The notes under the pieces were generated by a model. That model was not told the origin of the DNA. It did no database searches and saw nothing but the letters and a program-made list of their open reading frames with translations. A DNA stretch of 64,000 bases from Octopus sinensis (taxonomy: Eukaryota), in contig NC_042999.1 of assembly GCF_006345805.1 (NCBI RefSeq), positions 153,016,001 through 153,080,000 on the forward strand. The letters run 5' to 3'. The translations under genes and the position numbers were made by a program. The stretch's first letter is position 1. Every line of letters begins with the position of its first letter. Shown one piece after another: positions 63,709-64,000 of the stretch.

Positions 63709-64000
63709 GGTTGTGGTTTGTTTGTTCCCAAGCAACACTTATTTTAGTGTTGTTGACCCCACCGGATTACATGGTACAGCCCAGGTGTTGAAACCATAAT
63801 GATATCCGTGTGGCAGCTGATAATGGAGGAATGCTGGATTGTTAGTATGGCTGTTTTGTATATGTCGAATAGTAGTATTATTGGATTGTTGGTATGGCTG
63901 TGGAGTAGTATTATAAAACATCTTTATATATATATATATATATATATACATGCATACATACATACATATACATACACACCTATGTAGCATATAAACTTCT

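Overview
AT-rich, repeat-saturated eukaryotic DNA with no host protein-coding gene, rRNA, intact tRNA or CRISPR array that I can support. The SINE families and microsatellite load look like an octopus (coleoid cephalopod) intergenic or intronic region; that assignment is recalled, not database-verified. Nearly all ORFs in the supplied track are translations of microsatellites. Coding-derived sequence is limited to decayed transposon fragments: RTE-clade LINEs (2720-3062, 10532-11001), R4/Dong-type restriction-like-endonuclease (RLE) LINEs sitting in (TAA)n or (ACAT)n arrays (4837-5175, 20737-21070, 21674-21804, 31091-31325), a CR1/L2-like piece, and Tc1 (25040-26092), mariner (15330-15672) and piggyBac (58284-59176) relics. 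There are also three non-autonomous Helitrons, several MITEs, about 25 tRNA-derived SINE copies and a 100-N scaffold gap (30633-30732). Most notable: (1) type I hammerhead-ribozyme motifs in at least five unrelated repeat families. The best (28242-28304) lies in a ~565-bp tandem unit arranged as a 1.47-kb fold-back, resembling a retrozyme or Penelope-like terminal repeat. (2) Two RLE retrotransposon lineages with different apparent microsatellite targets, (TAA)n and (ACAT)n, plus a ~580-bp non-autonomous TAA-associated element whose 3' end is fused to an RLE coding fragment. SINE family labels A1, A2, B and C are my own working names, and repeat boundaries are approximate unless a TSD or terminus is quoted.
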